Notes: generated by a model from the letters alone, not told the origin. A stretch of DNA of 24,000 bases from Neisseria lactamica (GCF_901482445.1 NZ_LR590477.1:1063065-1087064), one strand, 5' to 3'; shown: positions 13,215 to 21,496, counted from the first letter of the stretch. Numbers and translations are program-made.

Positions 13215-13608
13215 CGTACACCTCTGCATTTTCAGTATCAGGACAATTTAAATATTAATTTATCATTCTTTTTAAATAATCACATTCATTATAAAACGTG
13301 ACGTAAGCCGAAATATCAATGTTGAGATTTATTTCCCATAATTATGGTTCGCAAAACAGGGAAATTAACGTCGGCAATAAGAAAACCAATGATAGCAATC
13401 AATTCTGCAATGATTTAAAAATAATGCCGCTAAAAATATATTGGGTTTGGCAAGTATTGCTTTGATTATAATCAAGTATTTCTGTGATTATAATATTAAG
13501 GACGCTTAACTGCCACTCGGAGGATTATCCCTATAAACCTACGAGGTAGTCAAGGAAGTACCGGCTCCATCCGGCATTTGCCCGCATCAGGCGGCGGCAT
13601 CGCCCGAT

Positions 13609-13620
13609 ATGCCGTCTGAA
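13609..13620 (+). repeat. 12-mer DUS next to the symporter terminator
   Basis: Exact ATGCCGTCTGAA. Confidence 0.9.
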
Positions 13621-13623
13621 ACA

Positions 13624-13660
13624 CAAAAACCTCCCAAACCTGAAGGCAGGGAGGTTTTCT
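13624..13660 (-). terminator. rho-independent terminator of the symporter gene
   Basis: Stem CCTCCC (13630-13635) pairs with GGGAGG (13649-13654). On the minus strand the stem is followed by TTTTTG. It lies about 15 nt past the stop at 13673. Confidence 0.6.
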
Positions 13661-13672
13661 CTTTGCCGGGCA

Positions 13673-15091
13673 TTATTGCTTATCGTGGAATTCGTGAAAT
13701 TCATACTGATAAGACAAATCCTGTCCCGCCTTTTTCTGCATCAGGTAGTCATCATAAATGGCGCGGATTTCCTTACGCAGCAAGAATAAGGCAATCAGGT
13801 TGGGGATAACCATAAAGCCGTTGAACATATCGGACAGACTCCAAACCAAATCGACTTTGCCGAGCGTACCCAAAACGATGGCAAGCAGAACCAATGCGCG
13901 ATAGATGCCCAAGTGTCTTCCCCTGAAAAGGAAGCGGATGTTGGACTCGCCGAAATAATACCAGCCGATGATAGTGGTAAAGGCAAAGAAAGTCAGACAT
14001 ACCGCAAGCAATTGCGAACCGAAGCCCGGGAATGCCTTGTTAAAGGCAAATTGAGTAACCGCCGCGCCCTGTTCGCCCGAAAGGTTGGCATCAGTCAGCA
14101 GGATAATCAATGCTGTAGCCGTACATACCAAAATCGTATCGATAAATACACCGACAAATGCCGCCATACCTTGCTGCACAGGATGCTTCACATCCGCAGT
14201 CGCGTGGGCGTGCGGAGTCGAACCCATACCTGCTTCGTTGGAAAACAGACCGCGCGCCACGCCGAAACGTATCGCTTCACGCATACCGATACCCGCAGCA
14301 CCGCCTAATACGGCTTCGGGATTGAAGGCGGCGGTAAAGATGTGGTTGAACATCGGCACAATATGGTCGGAAAATTCAAACAGGATAACGACGGCGCACA
14401 AAATATAAACAACCGCCATAAACGGCACGACAAACTGGGCAATATTGGCAATACGGTTCACGCCGCCAATCACAACCATGCCCGCAAGGACGGCAAGCAC
14501 AATACCGACTGCCAAAGAAGGTATATCAAATGCAATGGTAACGGCAGAAGCGATGGAATTGGCCTGTGTCGCATTGCCGATAAAGCCCAATGCGACAATC
14601 AGTGCGATGGAGAAAAAGCCCGACAGGAAACGCGCCGCGCCCCTGCCGATTTTCGGAGTCAGACCGTGCGTAATATAAAACGCCGGCCCGCCGATGTATT
14701 TGCCGTGGCTGACGACGCGGTATTTCTGCGCCAGCAGTGCCTCCGCAAAAATCGTGGACATCCCCAAAACGGCAGAAAGCCACATCCAAAAAATCGCGCC
14801 CGGCCCGCCTGCGGTAATGGCGGTCGCCACACCGGCGACGTTGCCCGTACCGATTTGCGCAGATATGGCAACCGCCAACGCCTGAAACTGCGATAAAGAC
14901 TTATCGTCTTTATCGCCTTTGGCAAACAAGCCGCCGAATACGGATTTGAATCCCGCGCCAAACTTCAAAATCTGCGGCGCACCGAGATACAGCGTAAAAA
15001 ACAGGCCGATACCCAAAAGGGCATAAATCAGCAGGTAGTCCCAAAGAAACCGATTGACTGTACCCACCAGAACAGACAATATATTTTCCAT
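13673..15091 (-). CDS. alanine/glycine:cation symporter (AGCS family, sodium:alanine symporter)
   Basis: 472-aa polytopic membrane protein with AGCS-typical segments: QIGTGNVAGVATAI, GGPGAIFWMW, FSNEAGMGSTPHAHA. Confidence 0.9.
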   Translation of the reverse strand: MENILSVLVGTVNRFLWDYLLIYALLGIGLFFTLYLGAPQILKFGAGFKSVFGGLFAKGDKDDKSLSQFQALAVAISAQIGTGNVAGVATAITAGGPGAIFWMWLSAVLGMSTIFAEALLAQKYRVVSHGKYIGGPAFYITHGLTPKIGRGAARFLSGFFSIALIVALGFIGNATQANSIASAVTIAFDIPSLAVGIVLAVLAGMVVIGGVNRIANIAQFVVPFMAVVYILCAVVILFEFSDHIVPMFNHIFTAAFNPEAVLGGAAGIGMREAIRFGVARGLFSNEAGMGSTPHAHATADVKHPVQQGMAAFVGVFIDTILVCTATALIILLTDANLSGEQGAAVTQFAFNKAFPGFGSQLLAVCLTFFAFTTIIGWYYFGESNIRFLFRGRHLGIYRALVLLAIVLGTLGKVDLVWSLSDMFNGFMVIPNLIALFLLRKEIRAIYDDYLMQKKAGQDLSYQYEFHEFHDKQ

Positions 15092-15288
15092 AAAATAAAC
15101 CTTATCTTACGATTAAAATGACTGCTTTCCCAAAGACATTCCAATAAGGAAACACGGCGAGCAGACCGTATTTGCCGCAACAGATGCCTTCAATTGTCAA
15201 CAATCGGGGAAAAGCTGTGCCATCATACCGTAAAATATCGTTAATTAAAATATTTCTTTATTTTAAGCGGAAAGCGGAGGAAATCGTT

Positions 15289-15300
15289 TTCAGACGGCAT
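15289..15300 (-). repeat. 12-mer DUS in the divergent symporter/yebC-family promoter region
   Basis: Exact TTCAGACGGCAT on the + strand. Confidence 0.9.
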
Positions 15301-15348
15301 CGACAACGGCACGGCATAAAACAGGATATTTTGGGTACTTGCAACTTA

Positions 15349-15357
15349 TGTTAAAAT
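15349..15357 (+). promoter_or_regulatory. possible extended -10 promoter (TGTTAAAAT) for the YebC-family gene
   Basis: TG-n-TAAAAT about 60 nt upstream of ATG 15417. No convincing -35. Confidence 0.3.
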
Positions 15358-15416
15358 GCCGACCGTAAAAAATCTGACAAAAACAGATTAATTATTTGAA
15401 ATAAGAAAGGAAATTT

Positions 15417-16145
15417 ATGGCAGGCCATAGCAAGTGGGCGAATATCCAGCATAAAAAAGCCCGTCAGGATGCCAAACGCGGCAAAATCTTCACCCGTTTA
15501 ATCAAAGAAATCACCGTTGCGGCGCGTATGGGCGGCGGCGACCCCGGCGCAAATCCGCGCCTGCGTTTGGCTTTGGAAAAAGCAGCCGAAAACAATATGC
15601 CCAAAGACAATGTGCAACGCGCCATCGACAAAGGCACGGGCAACTTGGAAGGCGTGGAATACATCGAGTTGCGCTACGAAGGCTACGGCATCGGCGGCGC
15701 GGCTTTGATGGTGGACTGCCTGACCGACAACAAAACCCGCACCGTTGCGGACGTGCGCCACGCGTTTACCAAAAACGGCGGCAACTTGGGTACCGACGGC
15801 TGCGTGGCGTTCAACTTCGTGCATCAGGGCTATTTGGTATTCGAACCCGGCGTTGACGAAGACGCACTGATGGAAGCGGCTTTGGAAGCCGGTGCGGAAG
15901 ACGTGGTTACCAACGACGACGGTTCCATCGAAGTCATTACCGCGCCAAACGATTGGGCGGGCGTAAAATCCGCTTTGGAGGCGGCAGGTTACAAATCCGT
16001 TGACGGCGACGTTACGATGCGCGCCCAAAACGAAACCGAACTCTCCGGCGACGATGCCGTCAAAATGCAAAAACTGATTGACGCGCTGGAAGACTTAGAC
16101 GACGTGCAAGACGTTTACACTTCCGCCGTATTGAATTTGGACTGA
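15417..16145 (+). CDS. YebC/PmpR-family DNA-binding transcriptional regulator
   Basis: 242 aa. The N-terminus [28 protein letters not shown] is diagnostic of the family. SD AAGGAA. Confidence 0.93.
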   Translation: MAGHSKWANIQHKKARQDAKRGKIFTRLIKEITVAARMGGGDPGANPRLRLALEKAAENNMPKDNVQRAIDKGTGNLEGVEYIELRYEGYGIGGAALMVDCLTDNKTRTVADVRHAFTKNGGNLGTDGCVAFNFVHQGYLVFEPGVDEDALMEAALEAGAEDVVTNDDGSIEVITAPNDWAGVKSALEAAGYKSVDGDVTMRAQNETELSGDDAVKMQKLIDALEDLDDVQDVYTSAVLNLD

Positions 16146-16172
16146 TACGCAGCACAGCAGACATACAATAAA

Positions 16173-16199
16173 ATGCCGTCTGAACCTTTCAGACGGCAT
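16173..16199. terminator. inverted DUS pair hairpin between the convergent yebC-family gene and dsbB
   Basis: ATGCCGTCTGAA (16173-16184), CCT, TTCAGACGGCAT (16188-16199). Confidence 0.7.
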
Positions 16200-16203
16200 T
16201 GAT

Positions 16204-16692
16204 TTATTTAGCCCTTGCCCACGCCCACCAAACCGTCAGGACAACCGCCAGAAAATACGCCACGCTCCAAACAGGCAAAGCAATTCCCAGCAGATAATCC
16301 GGTTCGGCACAATTTCCGAACCCGCGCACGACAGGCTCGAACCAATCAAACAAAGGCCAGCCTTTCAAGCGGAACGTCCACGGCGCGCCGCACGAAGGAG
16401 CGGTTCCCGGCGGCAGCGACTGCAACCACAACTGATATGCCGCAACAGCCGCGCCCGTAACGGCGGGAATACTGATAAACACTGCGCCTGACAGTCCGCC
16501 CACCCTGCCCTTGGGCTTACACGCCAGCACAATTGCCGCACATAATGCGGTTGCCAAGACGCACAACCGCTGGCTGATACACAAAACGCAAGGCTCCATA
16601 CCCAAAACATACTGTGCCGCCAAAGACCCGGCAAATGCACAGACCGAAACGGCAAACAGCAGCCAAACGGCTTTTCTAAATAACGGGGTCAT
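16204..16692 (-). CDS. dsbB: disulfide bond formation protein B
   Basis: 162 aa with four hydrophobic segments. It has the first-loop CxxC (EPCVLCISQR) and a second periplasmic Cys pair (APSCG ... NCAEP). Confidence 0.9.
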   Translation of the reverse strand: MTPLFRKAVWLLFAVSVCAFAGSLAAQYVLGMEPCVLCISQRLCVLATALCAAIVLACKPKGRVGGLSGAVFISIPAVTGAAVAAYQLWLQSLPPGTAPSCGAPWTFRLKGWPLFDWFEPVVRGFGNCAEPDYLLGIALPVWSVAYFLAVVLTVWWAWARAK

Positions 16693-17071
16693 TTTCTCAA
16701 CACACCAATCAAAATACCGATATGCCGATTTTGCTGGATATATCCCGAGATGGCAAGGGACGAATCAACACCGGCGCAGGTACGGACGATTTCGGTTTTC
16801 CCGATATGCACAAGACCTGACAAGGGACAAAACGGCGATTTGCCCGCACAATGCCTGCAAAAAAATACATCCGGAGGTTTTGAATTTCGGCAAATTTAGC
16901 GAATCAAAAGCATCAGCTGATAAAGAAAAATCAAAAGTTTATTTTAATGAAAGCATATGATTTTTTTGAATAAGCGGATTGACGGGTTTTTGAAGGAATT
17001 TGTTACCGGATAGCCATCGGGCAAGTTTTTTTGCAAAATTTGAATCGGTCGGGTAAATTTTCAAAAAATAA

Positions 17072-17100
17072 TTGACAGCGGATAAGAAACGGCGGATAAT
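17072..17100 (+). promoter_or_regulatory. sigma70 promoter of sibling sRNA copy 1
   Basis: Consensus -35 TTGACA (17072-17077), 17-nt spacer, -10 GATAAT (17095-17100). Confidence 0.6.
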
Positions 17101-17106
17101 TCCCGC

Positions 17107-17195
17107 CGTTGAGTTGCTTGATGCAGCTTGATTTTTCTCCTCTATTTCTCCTTTGTAGACTTGGCACACATTCAACCGGATGTGTGCATTTTTTT
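17107..17195 (+). ncRNA. sibling small RNA, copy 1 (NmsR / RcoF / NgncR_162-163 family); the 5' end is inferred
   Basis: There is no ORF, and the copy has its own promoter. It carries the conserved core TTTCTCCTCTATTTCTCCTTTGTAGACTTGG with two UUCUCCU anti-SD motifs. Its terminator stem GCACACAT (17164-17171) pairs with ATGTGTGC (17180-17187) and is followed by T7. A near-identical copy lies 204 nt downstream. Confidence 0.75.
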
Positions 17196-17272
17196 ATCTC
17201 CGCTTTTTTTGAAATTTAATTACTTTTATTGTTTGAAATTCCATTCTTTAAGAAATTTAACAAGAAAAACGC

Positions 17273-17301
17273 TTGCTTTTTGACCGGAAAAGCTGCATAA
17301 T
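17273..17301 (+). promoter_or_regulatory. putative promoter of sibling sRNA copy 2
   Basis: -10 CATAAT (17296-17301) aligns with the copy 1 -10. -35 TTGCTT (17273-17278) lies at 17-nt spacing. Confidence 0.4.
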
Positions 17302-17307
17302 CCATTC

Positions 17308-17399
17308 CGTTAGCTGGTTCGAGTAGTCAGTTAATAGTTTCTCCTCTATTTCTCCTTTGTAGACTTGGCACACATTCTATTGAATGTGTGCATTTTTTT
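17308..17399 (+). ncRNA. sibling small RNA, copy 2 (same family); the 5' end is inferred
   Basis: A 40-nt block (17338-17377) is identical to 17134-17173. Terminator stem GCACACATT pairs with AATGTGTGC around a different loop and is followed by T7 (17393-17399). The 5' third is diverged but alignable with copy 1. Confidence 0.75.
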
Positions 17400-17477
17400 A
17401 TCTGAAGCAACAAGCCTCTGTGCGTGATGTTGTTATGTTTCATTTAGGTGTCAAACCGCATATCCGGTCTGAAATAT

Positions 17478-17942
17478 TCAATCCAAATCCAAAACCGGAT
17501 TTTCTTTGACCTCCTCCATCACAACATAACTCCTACTCTCCGAAGCGGCAGGAAGTTGTAACAAAATATTGCCGAGCATATCCCGATAGGCAGACATATC
17601 GGGCAAACGTACTTTAATCAGATAGTCGTATTCGCCCGACACCAAGTGGCATTCCATAATTTGCGGAATTTTCAGCACTTCTTTTTTGAAATCTTCGAAA
17701 ATATTGCCCGATTTGGATTGCAGCTTCAGCTCGACAAAAACCAATAGCGGTTTGCCCAACAGATGGGGATTGAGGTGGGCGTGATAGCCGGAAATATAAT
17801 GTTCCCGCTCCAAACGGCGCACCCTCTCTGTAACGGGCGTGGTGGACAACCCTACCTTCTCGGCAAGCTCCGTCATCGGGATGCGGGCATTCTGTTGAAG
17901 GATCTTAAGGATGCGGAAATCGATTTTATCTAGTTCTTTCAT
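17478..17942 (-). CDS. lrp: Lrp/AsnC-family transcriptional regulator (leucine-responsive regulatory protein)
   Basis: 154 aa. N-terminal HTH region LDKIDFRILKILQQNARIPMTELAEKVGLSTTPVTERVRRLE, followed by a RAM/ACT-like C-terminal domain. Confidence 0.92.
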   Translation of the reverse strand: MKELDKIDFRILKILQQNARIPMTELAEKVGLSTTPVTERVRRLEREHYISGYHAHLNPHLLGKPLLVFVELKLQSKSGNIFEDFKKEVLKIPQIMECHLVSGEYDYLIKVRLPDMSAYRDMLGNILLQLPAASESRSYVVMEEVKENPVLDLD

Positions 17943-18163
17943 TTGGATTGCCTTGTATTTATTATTGATTTTAACAAATAGAGTATAAATTTGGGAAAGC
18001 GATTATATCAGGAAAAGCAAACCGCCTTCCTACCTGAAAACTGCTGCTCCTGCTTGAAGACACAAGGGTCTTTAATATTTTAAAAGCCTTGCCGTTGGAT
18101 TATAATTCCCTAATTGATTTCTTAATTTTGCTAATAAACACTTGTTTGGTAAGGAATGAATTT

Positions 18164-19222
18164 ATGCGCCCTTTGAACGTGCAGATCAGGTTGGGCAACC
18201 TTAGGCACAATTATCGGATTTTGAAGGAAATGCACGGAGGCAAGCTGTTGGCGGTGGTCAAGGCGGATGCATACGGACACGGTGCGGTCAGATGTGCTTT
18301 CGCGCTGGCAGACTTGGCAGATGGTTTCGCCGTGGCGACAATCGATGAGGGAATCAGGCTGCGGGAGAGCGGCATTACCCATCCGATTGTCCTTTTGGAA
18401 GGCGTATTTGAAGCATCAGAGTACGAAGCGGTCGAACAATACTCGCTCTGGCCGGCAGTCGGAAACCAATGGCAACTTGAGGCTTTGCTTTCCCGCCATT
18501 GGAAAAAACCTGTCAAGGTCTGGTTGAAAATGGATTCGGGAATGCACCGTACCGGATTTTTCCCTCATGATTACGCTTCGGCATATGCGGCATTGAAACA
18601 GTCGGAATATGTGGACAGTATTGTCAAGTTCTCGCATTTCTCCTGTGCGGACGAACCTGAAAGCGGTATGACGGAAATACAGATGGAAGCATTCGATTTG
18701 GGTACGGAAGGGCTGGAAGGCGAAGAAAGCCTTGCCAATTCGGCGGCTATTTTGAATATCCCCGAAGCACGCAGGGATTGGGGGCGCGCGGGCTTGGCGT
18801 TATACGGCATTTCCCCGTTCGGAGGCAGCGATGACAGGCTGAAGCCCGTGATGAGGCTTTCAACCCGTATTTTCGGCGAACGCGTTTTACAGCCGCACTC
18901 CCCTATCGGTTATGGCGCAACATTTTATACCAGCAAATCTACGCGCGTCGGCCTGATTGCCTGCGGTTATGCGGACGGTTATCCGCGCCGCGCCCCAAGC
19001 AATTCCCCCGTCGCCGTCGACGGTAAATTGACCCGGGTCATCGGCAGGGTCTCTATGGATATGATGACCATCGAACTGGACGCTTCGCAAGAAGGTTTGG
19101 GACACGAGGTCGAACTGTGGGGCGATACGGTCAACATCAATACCGTTGCCGAAGCGGCCGGAACCATCCCTTACGAATTGATGTGCAATATCAAACGTGC
19201 AAAATTCACTTATATCGAGTAA
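18164..19222 (+). CDS. alr: alanine racemase
   Basis: The ORF track starts at TTG 18089. I prefer ATG 18164 (MRPLNVQIRL), which has SD AAGGAA. PLP-lysine motif AVVKADAYGHG, and C-terminal GRVSMDMMTIEL and IPYELMC. A TATAAT box lies at 18101-18106. Confidence 0.93.
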   Translation: MRPLNVQIRLGNLRHNYRILKEMHGGKLLAVVKADAYGHGAVRCAFALADLADGFAVATIDEGIRLRESGITHPIVLLEGVFEASEYEAVEQYSLWPAVGNQWQLEALLSRHWKKPVKVWLKMDSGMHRTGFFPHDYASAYAALKQSEYVDSIVKFSHFSCADEPESGMTEIQMEAFDLGTEGLEGEESLANSAAILNIPEARRDWGRAGLALYGISPFGGSDDRLKPVMRLSTRIFGERVLQPHSPIGYGATFYTSKSTRVGLIACGYADGYPRRAPSNSPVAVDGKLTRVIGRVSMDMMTIELDASQEGLGHEVELWGDTVNINTVAEAAGTIPYELMCNIKRAKFTYIE

Positions 19223-19238
19223 TCGGGCTCAAACAAAA

Positions 19239-19266
19239 ATGCCGTCTGAAGCCTTTCAGACGGCAT
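19239..19266. terminator. inverted DUS pair hairpin downstream of alr
   Basis: ATGCCGTCTGAA (19239-19250), GCCT, TTCAGACGGCAT (19255-19266). Confidence 0.7.
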
Positions 19267-19391
19267 AAATGCGTTTTGACAAAATCAGTAAAAGACATTG
19301 CCAAATAGAAAATACTGATAATGCCCACAATCTGAAACCCCATCCTTCCCGCAAAAACGGAAAATCAAAATCAGAAACCTAAAATTTCATC

Positions 19392-19627
19392 ATTCCCGCG
19401 CAGGCGGGAATCCGGTTTTTTGAGTTTCCGTCATTTCTGATAAATTCTCGTCGTTTTTCATTTCTAGATTCCCGCATGCGCGGGAATGACAAAATTAAAG
19501 TTTCAGAATTTATTTGAACAACAAACCAGATTCCCGCTTTCGTGGGGATGACGGCGGATAGGTTTTGTTGTTTCGGATAAATTCCTATTGTTTTTTTTGG
19601 TTTCCAGATTCCCACCTTTAAAAGAAT
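19392..19627. repeat. Neisseria intergenic mosaic element (NIME): four dRS3 inverted-repeat units separated by RS blocks
   Basis: ATTCCC-N8-GGGAAT type 20-mers: 19392-19411 (ATTCCCGCGCAGGCGGGAAT), 19468-19487 (ATTCCCGCATGCGCGGGAAT), 19530-19549 (ATTCCCGCTTTCGTGGGGAT) and 19608-19627 (ATTCCCACCTTTAAAAGAAT). The last two are degenerate. Start-to-start spacing is 76, 62 and 78 nt. Confidence 0.8.
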
Positions 19628-19718
19628 GACGTAAGAAAGCAGAAATAAGGACACAGGGATTTTCTAAATTTGCAATATTCTTTTCTAAAGACATTTTACC
19701 CAATGCCCATAAACAAAA

Positions 19719-19746
19719 ATGCCGTCTGAAGCCTTTCAGACGGCAT
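19719..19746. terminator. inverted DUS pair hairpin downstream of the DUF711 gene
   Basis: Same 28-nt hairpin as 19239-19266, about 20 nt beyond the stop at 19766. Confidence 0.7.
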
Positions 19747-19765
19747 TTCCCCATCAAAACCGTAA

Positions 19766-21121
19766 TCAGTTTTTCATCGATTGAACCGGTGCGGGAATCC
19801 TGCCGCCCCGGTTGACGAACACTTCGCATGAGCCTTCTTTTACCGGCATCACAGGCGCGTAGCCCAACAGGCCGCCGAACTCGACGCTGTCGCCGACGGT
19901 TTTTCCGGTTACCGGAATAATGCGTACGGCAGTGGTTTTGCTGTTGATCATGCCGATGGCGGCTTCGTCGGCGATGATGCCGGAAATGGTGTGCGCGGGC
20001 GTGTCGCCGGGAACGGCTATCATATCCAAACCGACGGAGCAGACGGCGGTCATCGCTTCGAGTTTGTCCAGTGTCAACACACCGGCTTCAGCGGCGGCTA
20101 TCATACCTTCATCTTCCGAAACAGGGATAAACGCGCCGCTCAAACCGCCGACCGAGCCGGAAGCCATCATACCGCCTTTTTTCACGGCATCGTTCAGCAA
20201 TGCCAAAGCTGCTGTTGTGCCGTGCGTACCGCAGACGCTCAAACCCATTTCTTCAAGGATGCGCGCCACCGAGTCGCCGACGGCAGGGGTTGGGGCCAAC
20301 GACAAGTCGAGAATACCGAACGGGATATTCAGCATTTTTGAGGCTTCGCGGCCGATAAGTTCGCCTACGCGTGTGATTTTGAAAGCGATTTTTTTCACGA
20401 CTTCGGCAACTTCGGTCAAAGTCGTTGCATCCGAATTTTCCAACGCGGCTTTGACCACGCCCGGGCCGGAAACGCCGACATTAATCACAGCATCCGCTTC
20501 GCCCGAGCCGTGGAACGCGCCCGCCATAAACGGATTGTCTTCCACCGCGTTGCAGAACACGACGATTTTGGCGCAGCCGAAACCTTCGGGCGTGATTTCC
20601 GCCGTGCGTTTGACGGTTTCGCCCGCCAGCTTGACCGCATCCATATTGATACCGGCACGCGTACTGCCGATATTGATGGAGCTGCACACGATGTCGGTAG
20701 TTTTCATCGCTTCGGGAATGGAACGGATTAACACCTCGTCCGAAGGCGACATCCCTTTTTGCACCAGCGCGGAAAAGCCGCCGATAAAAGACACGCCGAT
20801 GGCTTTGGCTGCCTTGTCCAAAGTCTGCGCCACGCTGACGTAAGAATCGGCTTTGGTCGCCGCCGCGATTTGGGCAATCGGCGTAACGGAAATGCGCTGA
20901 TTCACAATCGGCACGCCGTATTTGGCGGAAAGGTGTTTCGCCGTTGCCACCAAGTCTTTGCCGACTGTGGTGATTTTGTTGTAAATGTTTTGGTTCAACA
21001 CATTGATGTCGCTGCTGATGCAGTCGTGCAAATCGATGCCTATGGTAATGGTGCGCACGTCAAAGTTCTGGTCGGCAACCATTTTGACGGTTTCTAAAAT
21101 TTCGCCGGATTGGATACTCAT
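19766..21121 (-). CDS. UPF0210/DUF711 (PFL-like fold) family protein, function unknown
   Basis: The ORF track starts at 21139. I prefer ATG 21121 ([15 protein letters not shown]), which has a strong SD GGAGGA 5 nt upstream and does not overlap the upstream ACT gene. Family assignment is from recall of the conserved ACT/DUF711 pair. Confidence 0.85.
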   Translation of the reverse strand: MSIQSGEILETVKMVADQNFDVRTITIGIDLHDCISSDINVLNQNIYNKITTVGKDLVATAKHLSAKYGVPIVNQRISVTPIAQIAAATKADSYVSVAQTLDKAAKAIGVSFIGGFSALVQKGMSPSDEVLIRSIPEAMKTTDIVCSSINIGSTRAGINMDAVKLAGETVKRTAEITPEGFGCAKIVVFCNAVEDNPFMAGAFHGSGEADAVINVGVSGPGVVKAALENSDATTLTEVAEVVKKIAFKITRVGELIGREASKMLNIPFGILDLSLAPTPAVGDSVARILEEMGLSVCGTHGTTAALALLNDAVKKGGMMASGSVGGLSGAFIPVSEDEGMIAAAEAGVLTLDKLEAMTAVCSVGLDMIAVPGDTPAHTISGIIADEAAIGMINSKTTAVRIIPVTGKTVGDSVEFGGLLGYAPVMPVKEGSCEVFVNRGGRIPAPVQSMKN

Positions 21122-21135
21122 CACATTCCTCCGAC

Positions 21136-21408
21136 TCAAATGCGGTGCATCGCTTGGAAGATTTCTTCATTTTGCATACGGATGTCGAGCGCGAGTTTTT
21201 TGCTCTCTTCCGCAAACAAATCCAAAACCTCCTGCCGCGATTTGGTGCATTTTGAAGTATCCACCAAAATAATCATCGTAAAAAAATCGTCCATCAATTG
21301 CTGGCTGATATTAAGAATGTTGATTTGGTTTTCCGCCAAAATTTTGGAAACATCGTACACAATGCCGACGCGGTCTTTGCCGATGACGGTGATGACTGAA
21401 TTGTTCAT
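21136..21408 (-). CDS. ACT-domain protein (UPF0237 family)
   Basis: 90 aa. The N-terminus [22 protein letters not shown] is typical of an ACT fold. SD AAGGAG. The stop lies 14 nt before the DUF711 start. Confidence 0.85.
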   Translation of the reverse strand: MNNSVITVIGKDRVGIVYDVSKILAENQINILNISQQLMDDFFTMIILVDTSKCTKSRQEVLDLFAEESKKLALDIRMQNEEIFQAMHRI

Positions 21409-21444
21409 AGGCTTACTCCTTGCAGATATGCATTAAATTCCGAA

Positions 21445-21453
21445 ATTATACCA
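21445..21453 (-). promoter_or_regulatory. extended -10 promoter (TGGTATAAT on the minus strand) of the ACT/DUF711 operon
   Basis: The reverse complement of 21445-21453 reads TGGTATAAT, about 37 nt upstream of ATG 21408. A TTGACA lies further upstream, but its 24-nt spacing is non-canonical. Confidence 0.4.
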
Positions 21454-21496
21454 CCGTCGGATTTTGAAGAATATTGTCAACAATATATCCATACAA

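Noticed and set aside
13230-13300. TCACA...GTGA elements upstream of lacY as a CRP site.
   Set aside because: The spacing (about 14 nt) and half-sites do not fit TGTGA-N6-TCACA. I also have no evidence for a CRP-type regulator acting here.
16939-17175. 78-aa minus-strand ORF in the dsbB-lrp spacer.
   Set aside because: It overlaps the sRNA copy 1 promoter and body in antisense and has no SD. The repeat structure with terminators on the + strand explains the region better.
19379-19829. Minus-strand ORFs 19379-19654 and 19503-19829, and the regularly spaced repeats, as a possible CRISPR array or gene.
   Set aside because: The repeats are 20-bp dRS3 palindromes with variable centres, and two of the four are decayed. 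The spacers of 42-58 bp are themselves RS-family repeat blocks, and no cas genes are nearby. This is a NIME, not a CRISPR array, and the ORFs run through repeat DNA.
19920-20843. 307-aa + strand ORF and other + strand ORFs opposite the DUF711 gene.
   Set aside because: It is antisense to a well-supported 451-aa CDS that has a strong SD. The translation is Ser/Ala/Thr/Pro-rich and low in complexity.
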